Of a DNA stretch of 60,695 bases, positions 29,533 to 38,421 are shown in pieces. The position numbers were made by a program, and so were the translations under genes. Under the pieces are notes generated by a model. It searched no databases. It worked only from the letters and a program-made list of their open reading frames with translations, and was not told the origin of the DNA. Positions within the stretch are counted from its first letter, which is position 1; each line of letters opens with the position of its first letter. This DNA is from Bacteroidales bacterium (lineage in GTDB: Bacteria; Bacteroidota; Bacteroidia; Bacteroidales; FEN-979): the NCBI GenBank assembly GCA_038212325.1, contig JBBQUQ010000006.1:1-60695 (forward strand). The letters run 5' to 3'.

Positions 29533-31023
29533 ATGCCTACCCCCAAAAAACCTGTCGTTCTGGTTCATGGCTGGAGCGTGCACAACACATCAACGTATGG
29601 TGAATTGCCCGCCCGCCTTGAAGCAGAATCAAAAACCAGAATCCCGCTTGACGTCCGCAACATCTGGCTTGGCAAATATGTCAGCTTTCATGACGAAGTG
29701 CAGCTCGATGATATCTCCAGGGCCTTTGAATCGGCCATCAAGACTGAACTGGACGCATCTGCCCTCCGGGAAAAATGTGTATGCATCACCCATTCAACCG
29801 GCGGACCGGCCATCAGGAACTGGATCTATAAATATTACATCAAACCCCGGAAAATGGACGAATGTCCTGTAAGCCACCTGATCATGCTGGCTCCGGCAAA
29901 TTTTGGCTCGGCCCTGGCGATTCTCGGCAAATTAAGGATCTCCCGCATTAAAAGCTGGATTGAAGGCGTTGAGCCGGGGAAAGGGGTTCTGGACTGGCTT
30001 GAACTGGGAAGCCCCGAGTCGTGGGAGCTGAATGTGCAGTGGATGAACTATTTCAAAGGCCTCCCCCAGGGCGAATCATTCTTTCCGTTCGTCATTTCAG
30101 GCCAATCGATCGACCGCAGCCTATACGACCATGTGAATTCCTATACCGGCGAACCCGGATCCGACGGGGTGGTTAGGCTTGCCGGCGCCAACCTGAATGT
30201 AAACTACTATAAATTCGTGCAGGACCCGCCGCTGGATTCATCCGTGAGCCTGGCGCTGACATCGGTCGACAGCGAACATTACACCCATGATAAAACCGCG
30301 TTCGCCATTGCAAAAGGAAGGTCTCATTCGGGCGAAAAGAAGGGCATCCTCAAAACCATAGGAAAAACTCCTGACGCCCATCCCACGGTAAAGCTGATCC
30401 TCGACTGCATCAGGGTGAATTCAGGGGCCGGATACACCGACCTTTGCCGCCAGTTTGAAGCGATCTCTGCCAATGTGCTGGCCGAGGAAAAGGTGGAGGT
30501 TGAAGACCTGTTCCTGCTGAAAGACCGCTTTTTTATTCATGACACCTATTCCATGCTGATTTTCAGGATCAGGGACGAGTATGGGAATGCCATCGGAAAT
30601 TATGACATTATTTTTACCGGGGGTGAAAATGACAGCGAAAACCAACTTCCGGAGAATTTCCTGGCCGACAAGCAACGGAACATAAGGGCGTCCGGTTATA
30701 TGACATTTTATTTCAATACTGCCATCATGCTTGGTTCCGACCAGTTGATCCACCAGAAGAAGGTCATCCGGAAAAAATTGCCCGGCGCAAAGTCGTTTGG
30801 CTTTAAAATTATCCCTTACACCGATAAAGGGTTTGTGCATTTCCTGCCCGCAGTGCTTAAGGGAACCCCCGGGCTCCTGGCAAAGTTTCTCATCCCGAAT
30901 CAAACCACGCTGATCGATATAGAGATGAAACGAATCGTTCATGAAGGGGTCTTTCAGCTGACACAGGACAAAAGCCAGGTAGAATTTAAAGATGTGAAGC
31001 CGGGTAAAATTCTGATGAAATAA
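29533..31023 (+). CDS. Lipase/phospholipase-like alpha/beta hydrolase with an extra C-terminal domain
   Basis: VVLVHGWS, THSTGG nucleophile elbow, LIMLAPANFGS, SDGVV, RSHSG. No signal peptide. Start placed at MPTPKK. Confidence 0.8.
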   Translation: MPTPKKPVVLVHGWSVHNTSTYGELPARLEAESKTRIPLDVRNIWLGKYVSFHDEVQLDDISRAFESAIKTELDASALREKCVCITHSTGGPAIRNWIYKYYIKPRKMDECPVSHLIMLAPANFGSALAILGKLRISRIKSWIEGVEPGKGVLDWLELGSPESWELNVQWMNYFKGLPQGESFFPFVISGQSIDRSLYDHVNSYTGEPGSDGVVRLAGANLNVNYYKFVQDPPLDSSVSLALTSVDSEHYTHDKTAFAIAKGRSHSGEKKGILKTIGKTPDAHPTVKLILDCIRVNSGAGYTDLCRQFEAISANVLAEEKVEVEDLFLLKDRFFIHDTYSMLIFRIRDEYGNAIGNYDIIFTGGENDSENQLPENFLADKQRNIRASGYMTFYFNTAIMLGSDQLIHQKKVIRKKLPGAKSFGFKIIPYTDKGFVHFLPAVLKGTPGLLAKFLIPNQTTLIDIEMKRIVHEGVFQLTQDKSQVEFKDVKPGKILMK

Positions 31024-31079
31024 TTTTTTGAGAAAAATTACGTTTTATATTTTTAACCAACTGATTAACAACATTTATT

Positions 31080-31436
31080 ATGATCACGAACGAAACAGGG
31101 GGAACAGGCATAACCCCGATAACAGACACAGAGGCCAAAACATTGCTTACAAAATATATAAGCACGGCCGTTAAACCGACGTCGCCGGTCAAAGGAGTCT
31201 TCCTCGACAGGCAGCAACTCGATGCCATGAATAAGCTTGTGCAGGAAAACCCGGCAGTGCCGGGGTTCCGGGTCTTCTTTGGCATGGAGGTCAGCGGTGC
31301 CAAAGTGGGTATTGTGGTGGGGGTGAATGATGCGAACCAGGACCAGGTAACCAGGAGCATTTTCAAAACCCTGTCGCCCAAAACGGGACCTTGCCCGCCC
31401 GTTTGCGATCAGGCCAGCCCGATCAACCAGGATTAG
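31080..31436 (+). CDS. Hypothetical protein A with C-terminal GPCPPVCD motif (no signal peptide)
   Basis: 118-aa ORF, clearly paralogous to 33801-34256. Confidence 0.85.
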   Translation: MITNETGGTGITPITDTEAKTLLTKYISTAVKPTSPVKGVFLDRQQLDAMNKLVQENPAVPGFRVFFGMEVSGAKVGIVVGVNDANQDQVTRSIFKTLSPKTGPCPPVCDQASPINQD

Positions 31437-33709
31437 GTTGTTTGAGAAACGTTGGTTGAGGATTCGCCATCTACAAAATACATGTCGATCTGCCCTTTGT
31501 TTTTTGCATCAACCTTTCCGCGGTAAGTGCATGTAAAGTGGTTTTTGACCCTTTCGTAGGTTTCACCGCTGATGTTGATTTTATTTTCTTCTCCGGCATT
31601 TTCAATACGTGAGGCTGTGTTAACCGTATCTCCCCAGATGTCGTAGGCGAATTTTTTATGTCCGACGATCCCGGCCACCACGGGTCCGGTATGGATTCCG
31701 ATCCTGAGTTCAAAATATGACACATCCCTCTCTTTTCTTGCCAACACCTGGGAGAGCATGAATTTCTGGAGTTCAACTGCAGCCAGCACTATGTCATGCG
31801 CGTGAGTTTCATTGGCCACCGGAAGCCCGCCGGCACACATATAACTGTCGCCGATGATCTTGATCTTCTCAATGTTGTACCGTGAAATGATGTTGTCAAA
31901 TTCGCTGAAATAGAAATTGATCTCCTTTACAAGGTCTTCTGCCGACATGCGTTCGCTGGCCTGGGTAAAATTCTTGAAGTCGGTGAACATCACCGTCACC
32001 TCATCGAAACGCTTAGCCTTTGCCTTCCCTGTCAGTTTGAGTTCCTCGGCAGTCTCAGCCGGCAGGATGTTCAGCAACAGATGGTCGGAACGTTTTTTTG
32101 CCTCATCGAGCAACCTGTTCAACTGTTTCTGGTTCCTGAAGTTGCGGTATGCCAAAATAGACACGATGATAAAGAAGACGACCCCTCCGGCAAACATGTT
32201 TCGCTGATTCTCCCCCAGCTTGATCTTTTGGCGGTCTTTTTCTGCCTCTAACTCTTTCTGCGACCTCTCCTGGCGCAGTCTTTCGGCCATGATTTGCTCA
32301 TATTCAATGCTTTTGTAGATGCTGTCATAAATTTGCCTGTTGACCGAGGCATAATACCATGCTTTTTTGTAATTGCCCGTTTCCCCATAGAGGAGTTCAA
32401 GATTCCTGCAGGGAGTCAGCATAAATTCAAACCTGCCCGGATATACATCCGACTCAGAAAGATCATATGCGCGGGTAAATTTTTCAATCGCTTCCTTTTT
32501 ATATCCATGCCTCATGAGAAATTGGCCATACCGGGTAAAAAAAGTTGACCTGTAGCTGATATTTCTGTTACTGGCATTGATAATCTGTTCTGCCTTGCCA
32601 AAGTAATAATCGGCCGAATCGATTTTTTTTTCAAATTCATTGAAGTACGCCTTGAGCCTGTAATACATGCTGATATCAGACTGGTGCAATTTGTTAAAGT
32701 CATCAGGAAAAGACCTGGTGTAGAAGTTGTATAACCGTTCAATATCATCGCGTGCAAGAAGATGCTTTCGATAGAGGGCAAATGCATATGCCTTCAACCT
32801 GTCGTTCCGCGTCCGGGTTGAAAAATCAATGATGGCTCTTACCTTGTGTTCATCCAATATACTGTCTTTATGCTCTACGATGGTCGACTGCAGGTAATAC
32901 CGGATCCACATCAGGCCGACAGAATCAACCGGCCTGTTTTCCAATACGATATTTTCCTCTTTGCGCTTGACTTCAAGGGCTTCGTTAAATAATTTATTGT
33001 AATTGTAAAAACTATATAGCTGCGCATAGCACTTCTTCAGTAACATGGGGTCTCCGATCTTTTCTGCCATGTCTTTTGCCCGAAGAAAGTTTGTAAAGGC
33101 ATGTTGTTTTTGATCCTTATTTCCTAAACTGTTCTCCAGGTAGAAAAAGCTTTCAGCGACAAGGGTGTCATTTTTCAGAATCTTTGCTATACTCAGCGCC
33201 TCTTTGCCGCATAAAATGGCATTGCTGAAATCATACCGCGCCAAATAGAGCTTTGCCATATTTATATAAGTGCGCCAACGCATGGGCAAATTGTGGGTCA
33301 TCCGGCAGATATGAAGTGCCTTCTTGGCATAATTCAACGATTTGTCATAGTAGGTTTCATTGTCGGTGGTTTCAGGATATCCATTGTATGCAAGCATCAG
33401 CAACCCATTGCTGAGATTCACCTCTGCAATCCGTATGGCGGCTTGTGCCAGGCTATCCGCTTTCTCATCCTCCTCCAGATAGTCATTGTAAAAAAATGCC
33501 AGTTTTGATAAACATACCACCCGGGTGCTGTCGTCCCGAACATATTTATACCTTGCCCAAAGGGAGATGATGGTGTCGGGCAGGTGAGATTGTCCACACA
33601 TCATGACAGGAGCAAACAGGCCAACCGAAACTACCAGAAACTTGATGAATGAGAGGTTATGCTTTAACCTGCTCCTGGTATTTATGACAACCTGCTTCAC
33701 TTCGGGCAT
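31433..33709 (-). CDS. Membrane-anchored class III adenylate cyclase with an extracytoplasmic TPR-like sensor
   Basis: N-terminal hydrophobic segment, helical repeats, TM MFAGGVVFFIIVSILAY, LLLNILP, VMFTDFKNFT, EKIKIIGDSYM, YDIWGDTVNTASR. Both metal Asp residues and the Lys/Asp adenine-specifying residues are present. Confidence 0.92.
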   Translation of the reverse strand: MPEVKQVVINTRSRLKHNLSFIKFLVVSVGLFAPVMMCGQSHLPDTIISLWARYKYVRDDSTRVVCLSKLAFFYNDYLEEDEKADSLAQAAIRIAEVNLSNGLLMLAYNGYPETTDNETYYDKSLNYAKKALHICRMTHNLPMRWRTYINMAKLYLARYDFSNAILCGKEALSIAKILKNDTLVAESFFYLENSLGNKDQKQHAFTNFLRAKDMAEKIGDPMLLKKCYAQLYSFYNYNKLFNEALEVKRKEENIVLENRPVDSVGLMWIRYYLQSTIVEHKDSILDEHKVRAIIDFSTRTRNDRLKAYAFALYRKHLLARDDIERLYNFYTRSFPDDFNKLHQSDISMYYRLKAYFNEFEKKIDSADYYFGKAEQIINASNRNISYRSTFFTRYGQFLMRHGYKKEAIEKFTRAYDLSESDVYPGRFEFMLTPCRNLELLYGETGNYKKAWYYASVNRQIYDSIYKSIEYEQIMAERLRQERSQKELEAEKDRQKIKLGENQRNMFAGGVVFFIIVSILAYRNFRNQKQLNRLLDEAKKRSDHLLLNILPAETAEELKLTGKAKAKRFDEVTVMFTDFKNFTQASERMSAEDLVKEINFYFSEFDNIISRYNIEKIKIIGDSYMCAGGLPVANETHAHDIVLAAVELQKFMLSQVLARKERDVSYFELRIGIHTGPVVAGIVGHKKFAYDIWGDTVNTASRIENAGEENKINISGETYERVKNHFTCTYRGKVDAKNKGQIDMYFVDGESSTNVSQTT

Positions 33710-33800
33710 GACCTAAATGTATTTAAAATGCAAATAAACATAAATTTAACTATATTTACACCAAAATAACACTATTGTTTAACGCTGAAAACCAACCACT

Positions 33801-34256
33801 ATGAATAACAAAATGACCATTCCGTTGATCGCTCTTCTTGCCGGAGTAATAATCGGCGCCGCAATTATGTGGATGATGATCAACTGCTGCTGCCAAAAGA
33901 GTTGCAGTAAAGATCCGGCTGTAACCGACAACCTCGACAGTCTGGGAGTGCTGGCGATCGATACCATTGCAGCAAACAATTATTTCAAGGCGTATTACAG
34001 CAACGCCACACCGGTTATCCTGAAGGGTTTTACGATCAGTTTAAAACAATTCAGCGCCATGAAAAGTATTGCCGCAGGCGATGCATCCATTGGCGGATTC
34101 AGGGTCTACCTGGGAATGAATGGCCAGGCTGAAGTGCGCATGGTGGTAGGCACGGGAAGTCCCGACAAAGTTCAAAAAATCTATCTTACCGATGGTGTGG
34201 GTTCGGGGCCTTGCCCGAATGTGTGTGATGTTGAAAGCCCTATCATCAAAGATTAA
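33801..34256 (+). CDS. Hypothetical protein B with N-terminal hydrophobic segment, Cys cluster and C-terminal GPCPNVCD motif
   Basis: 151-aa ORF; IPLIALLAGVIIGAAIMWMMINCCCQKSC; paralog of 31080-31436. Confidence 0.85.
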   Translation: MNNKMTIPLIALLAGVIIGAAIMWMMINCCCQKSCSKDPAVTDNLDSLGVLAIDTIAANNYFKAYYSNATPVILKGFTISLKQFSAMKSIAAGDASIGGFRVYLGMNGQAEVRMVVGTGSPDKVQKIYLTDGVGSGPCPNVCDVESPIIKD

Positions 34257-34271
34257 TACGGTACCGGCATT

Positions 34272-35141
34272 TTACACATTTTGTCCGTTGGTATTTTCAG
34301 CCCGGTTGATGAACATGACCGGAACCTGGTCGTGGTTGAACATGAGCCGCTCATTCCAGTCCGAAAAGTTGTACCCTGATCCATCGGCCGCCGGCATGGT
34401 CATGGTAATGATGAGGTCGGAAATGCTTGACGTGGCAGCGTCGATTACCTGGGTCGAAAAATCTTTGGGCGATTCGGCTATTTTTACCATGCAGGCAAAC
34501 TGATGGTCATCCAGGCCGGCAACAATCTGTGCAACGATCCCGGAGGTGAGTTTGTGGCTCTCCGCATTTGTTCCGGCAGCCTGGAAAAGAAGGATTTCCA
34601 AACCGTCAACCTTACACAACATCATGATCCATTCCATTAATTGAACGGGGGCGGTTTCACTGTTGACAGGTAAAAGAATTCGCCGGTATCCGTTCTCAGC
34701 ACGACGCTCCTGAACGACCATCACCGGGCATGGCGAATCAAGCACCACCCTGAGTGCATGGCTCCCGAACAGGTGTTGCAAGCCTTGTTTTCCGTGGGTT
34801 CCCATGATCATCAGCTTTGGCTTTAGCTCGCCGACAACTGCGTTCACAACCTTGAACAGATTTCCCTTCCTGACCAGCAGGGAGATCTTAACAGCATATT
34901 TTTGTTCATACTTCTGCTGGTAACTCAAAAGATCCTGGTTAATATTCCGGAGGGCCAGTTCTTCTTCGGCAATCCCGCTATCCGGCTGCGGGCAATATAC
35001 ATGCAGCAAACAAACCCGCCATTGATGAAGTTGCGCTAATTCCATGCTGTGAATGAGGGCATTTTCGGCAACTGCTGAAAAATCGACAGGAACAAGGATC
35101 CCCTGGCCAAAGCCGGCATGCTTTTTTACCGTGTTGCCCAT
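34272..35141 (-). CDS. Universal stress protein (tandem USP domains)
   Basis: ILVPVDFS, IMGTHGKQGLQHLFGSHALRVV..SPCPVMVV, second ILLPV domain. Confidence 0.9.
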   Translation of the reverse strand: MGNTVKKHAGFGQGILVPVDFSAVAENALIHSMELAQLHQWRVCLLHVYCPQPDSGIAEEELALRNINQDLLSYQQKYEQKYAVKISLLVRKGNLFKVVNAVVGELKPKLMIMGTHGKQGLQHLFGSHALRVVLDSPCPVMVVQERRAENGYRRILLPVNSETAPVQLMEWIMMLCKVDGLEILLFQAAGTNAESHKLTSGIVAQIVAGLDDHQFACMVKIAESPKDFSTQVIDAATSSISDLIITMTMPAADGSGYNFSDWNERLMFNHDQVPVMFINRAENTNGQNV

Positions 35142-35178
35142 AAGTAGCTTTTTAGCATTCCCATATTTTCAAAAGCTT

Positions 35179-35809
35179 TTAAATACAGCCTTCGCCGCCG
35201 GCGCAAAGCACCGGCAGGTGGAACTCATTTAACAGTATGGCTTCCTTGTATGATTTTGACATATAATAGTATTCTTCCGATGCCACCGACATCATCGCAA
35301 GAATGTCGGCCCCGTTTTTTTGTGCATACTGCAGGGTTTGCCTGGCATAGCCCTGTGAAAAGCCATCCTGCTCCTCCTTTATCCTGATCATCCGGACTCC
35401 CCTTTCTTCGAACTTCTTTATGGTTTCTTCAATGTTGGCCAGCATCTGCACCGGCCATTCAAATCCCGGCTTGTAGATAGAATAAAGGTGCACTTCAACA
35501 TCGTATATCGCAGCAAAAAGCAGCACCGCATCAACGGCAAACCGAAAAGTATCATGGCTGCCAAACGGAAGGACGATTTTCCGGAATGATTCAACCAGCG
35601 GTGAATCCTCCTGGACAACCAGCGCGGTTGATATCTTCAGCCTCACGTTGCAATCGCTCGCCGATCTCCCCGGCAGGGACTGATTTATCATCAAGCACAT
35701 GCAACAACGTTACTGACGATCCGGCCTTTCCGGCAACAGCAACGGCCTGTTTCACTGCCTGGCCGGAAACTTTGGTAAAATCGACGGGAACAATCATTTT
35801 TTTTATCAT
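35179..35809 (-). pseudogene. Second universal stress protein, internal deletion with frameshift near 35625
   Basis: MIKKMIVPVDFT...LLHV in one frame joins ALVVQED...FRKIVLPFG...LPVLC in another; the MGTHG segment is missing. Confidence 0.75.
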
Positions 35810-35898
35810 GGGAGCAGATTAATTTGTTTACATCCCCCAAAAATAGTAAAAATAAAACAAACAGGGATATAACAGTGCCCGGGCCCCGTCATGGTTTC

Positions 35899-36540
35899 TT
35901 ACATGATAACAATCTTGTTCCGCAAGGCGTAGATCACCAGGTTGATCACATTGGCCGATCCGGTCTTCTGGAGCAACTTGTTGCGGTATCCCTCTACCGT
36001 TCGCACGCTGAGGAACAATTTATCTGCGATGTCATTGTTCGCATACCCTTTGCAAAGCCATCGCAGCACCTCCATCTCCTTTTCGGTGAATGAGATTTTC
36101 TCAACCGCATCAATCTGCCTCACCTTTTTTACAAGCAATCCCATTATCTCTTCCGAATAGTACTGCTGTCCTTCGGAAACCCGGTTGATCGCCTTTTCAA
36201 GGTCGAGGATGCCTGAAGTTTTCAAAATAAAGCCGTAAACTCCCTTTTCAACCATGGAATAAACATATTCTTCTTCGCCAAACATGCTGATCACAAGGAT
36301 TTTGAGGGACGGATCATATTTCAGTGCTTTTTCCACGGCCTCGATGCCATCCATGACCGGCATCTGAATATCCATCAGGACGATATCCGGCGACCCCTTT
36401 TTCAGCTTTTCCAGGAAAATAGCGCCGTTTTCGGCTTCGCCAACCAATTCCACATCGGTCATTTCACCGATAACCCTTTTCAACCCCTCCCTGAAAATTG
36501 CATGGTCTTCAACAATAAATACTTTTTTCTTTGCACTCAT
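35899..36540 (-). CDS. NarL/FixJ family response regulator (REC + LuxR HTH)
   Basis: IVEDH, VLMDIQMP, GFILK, IADKLFLSVRTVEGYRNKL. Confidence 0.95.
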   Translation of the reverse strand: MSAKKKVFIVEDHAIFREGLKRVIGEMTDVELVGEAENGAIFLEKLKKGSPDIVLMDIQMPVMDGIEAVEKALKYDPSLKILVISMFGEEEYVYSMVEKGVYGFILKTSGILDLEKAINRVSEGQQYYSEEIMGLLVKKVRQIDAVEKISFTEKEMEVLRWLCKGYANNDIADKLFLSVRTVEGYRNKLLQKTGSANVINLVIYALRNKIVIM

Positions 36541-36616
36541 CCGGTCAGGTTTTTGTTAACAATAAAACCTCCGAAAGGTACAAAAAATGTTTTGAATGCC
36601 TGGAGGGCTTTTCTAA

Positions 36617-37975
36617 TCATAACTCTTTACTTATTTCCACTTCTGTTTTCTCTTTACGGTTGATAAACCGGATTTTCGCATCGATGAGGTTCACGCGCTG
36701 AATAATGTTTCCGATGCCCATTCCTCCCGGTTTTTTATTGATCGCTGCAACATCATATCCCGTGCCGTTGTCCGTATAATGGAGTGTCAGTTTTTCTTTT
36801 ACATAATTCAGCTTTACAACAGCCTTGCTTGCCCCGGAATGTTTGACCGTGTTGTTGATCAGCTCGCAAATGATCCGGTAAAAATGCAGTTCTGTATGTT
36901 TCTCAAACCGGCGGCCTTTCAGGTTAGAGTCGAAACCGATTGAAAACACCCCTTCGTGCTGCATGGTCTTGATAAATGAATTGATGGCTGCATCAAGTCC
37001 GAAGTTTTCAATAAGCCTGGGCATCAGGTTGTTGGCAACGACCCTCATTTTCGAGATGGTCTCTGCCAGTTGTTCATTGCAGATTTTAAGCGTTTCAGCA
37101 AAACTCTCCGGGTTTTTTGCATGCTCAAGCAATCCAAGGTGCAATTTAATGCTTGACAGTATCGGGCCCAGGTCGTCGTGAAGATCTGACGCAAATTGTC
37201 TGCGGTTCTTTTCTTCTGTTTCGATCACCCTGCTCAGCACATATTTCTCCAGGTTCTTGCGTTCGGTAATGTCGATCAGGATGGTCATCACAGCATCGTT
37301 TCCCTTGTATTTTATTTTGCTGTTTCTCAGCAGGAAGTTCTTGATAACGAATTTTCTGTTCTCCGTTCTGACCTCAAATTCCTCCTCCTCCACAAAGGAA
37401 TCGCCAGCCAGGTTCCTGAAAACCGCGTTGTTGTTCGGGTCGGTCGGGTCGGTCAGGAGATCGACCACATTTTTTCCAATGATTTCCTGGTGGTTTAACC
37501 CGGTGATCCCCACGATAAGGTCGTTGGCGAAAACCACCTTCTTGTTGATATGAATCAGGATCGGGTTTGGGAGCTGGTTTACGAGGGTCCGGTACAAAGC
37601 CTCGCCCTCGCGCATTGATTCCTCCGCCTGTTTATATTCGGTGAGGTCTTTCAGGGTAACCACTTCGAGGTCATGATTTTCAACATTCGTGGTGAACACT
37701 GACACAAGGTACGGACAGGTTCTCCCGTTGCTTGCTGCGAATTGGATTTCAAAGTTATTTGTCTTTTCCTGTTTCCCTTTGATTAAAATGTTCACCACGG
37801 GAGGAAAGACCTGGTCGGCATGCATGCCCCTTAAAACTCCGGCAGGCATGGCTAACAGGTCGCAAAAAGCCTTGTTTGCCAGCACAAAACAGTGCTCCTT
37901 GTCGAGTGCAAAAATGGGGTTGGGAATGGTATTGAATATGCCGGAGAGAAACCCGGTTTCTGTTTTCGCCTTCAT
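36617..37975 (-). CDS. Cytoplasmic PAS-PAS sensor histidine kinase (HisKA_3)
   Basis: Two PAS/PAC segments (KDLTEYK, IDITERK), H-box ASDLHDDLG, ELINNTVKHS, DNGTG, GMGIGNI; no TM. Confidence 0.92.
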   Translation of the reverse strand: MKAKTETGFLSGIFNTIPNPIFALDKEHCFVLANKAFCDLLAMPAGVLRGMHADQVFPPVVNILIKGKQEKTNNFEIQFAASNGRTCPYLVSVFTTNVENHDLEVVTLKDLTEYKQAEESMREGEALYRTLVNQLPNPILIHINKKVVFANDLIVGITGLNHQEIIGKNVVDLLTDPTDPNNNAVFRNLAGDSFVEEEEFEVRTENRKFVIKNFLLRNSKIKYKGNDAVMTILIDITERKNLEKYVLSRVIETEEKNRRQFASDLHDDLGPILSSIKLHLGLLEHAKNPESFAETLKICNEQLAETISKMRVVANNLMPRLIENFGLDAAINSFIKTMQHEGVFSIGFDSNLKGRRFEKHTELHFYRIICELINNTVKHSGASKAVVKLNYVKEKLTLHYTDNGTGYDVAAINKKPGGMGIGNIIQRVNLIDAKIRFINRKEKTEVEISKEL

Positions 37976-38421
37976 TCGATCGATGTTAAGTTGATGTAAT
38001 ACAGGCCGAAGATACGAAAAAAAATAATCCCTGCAAAAACGGACGGGCCTCCGCGTGGTTCCGACCCGGGCGTCAAAAATTAATGCTTTAAAAATCGTGA
38101 AATGTAGCTATTCTTTGTTGATTGTATTTTCGCGAAGTAAAGACCATTTGGAAATACTATTTTCCTGTTTCATTTTTTTTCCTTTTTAACTTGAAATATT
38201 CAATGTTAATTTTTATGGCTTTGTCTATCTCCTTCATGGGTTGATTTGCCCATAGCAGAGAGTAATAAAAATTATTAACAGCAGGGAATATAGTTGATTG
38301 AGAAATGCACACTTCTTCATTGCCAGTGATTTGATTATTTTAGTGTTTGTTTATTGAATGGCCGTGTTTGGGCCGCATGGAACATTGGCCGGGGAGCCAC
38401 ATTTTACGTTGCTTAACCAGA

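Noticed and set aside
37976-38421. Long AT-rich intergenic region as a possible ncRNA or riboswitch
   Set aside because: No recognisable conserved motif or convincing stem; cannot be supported without an Rfam search
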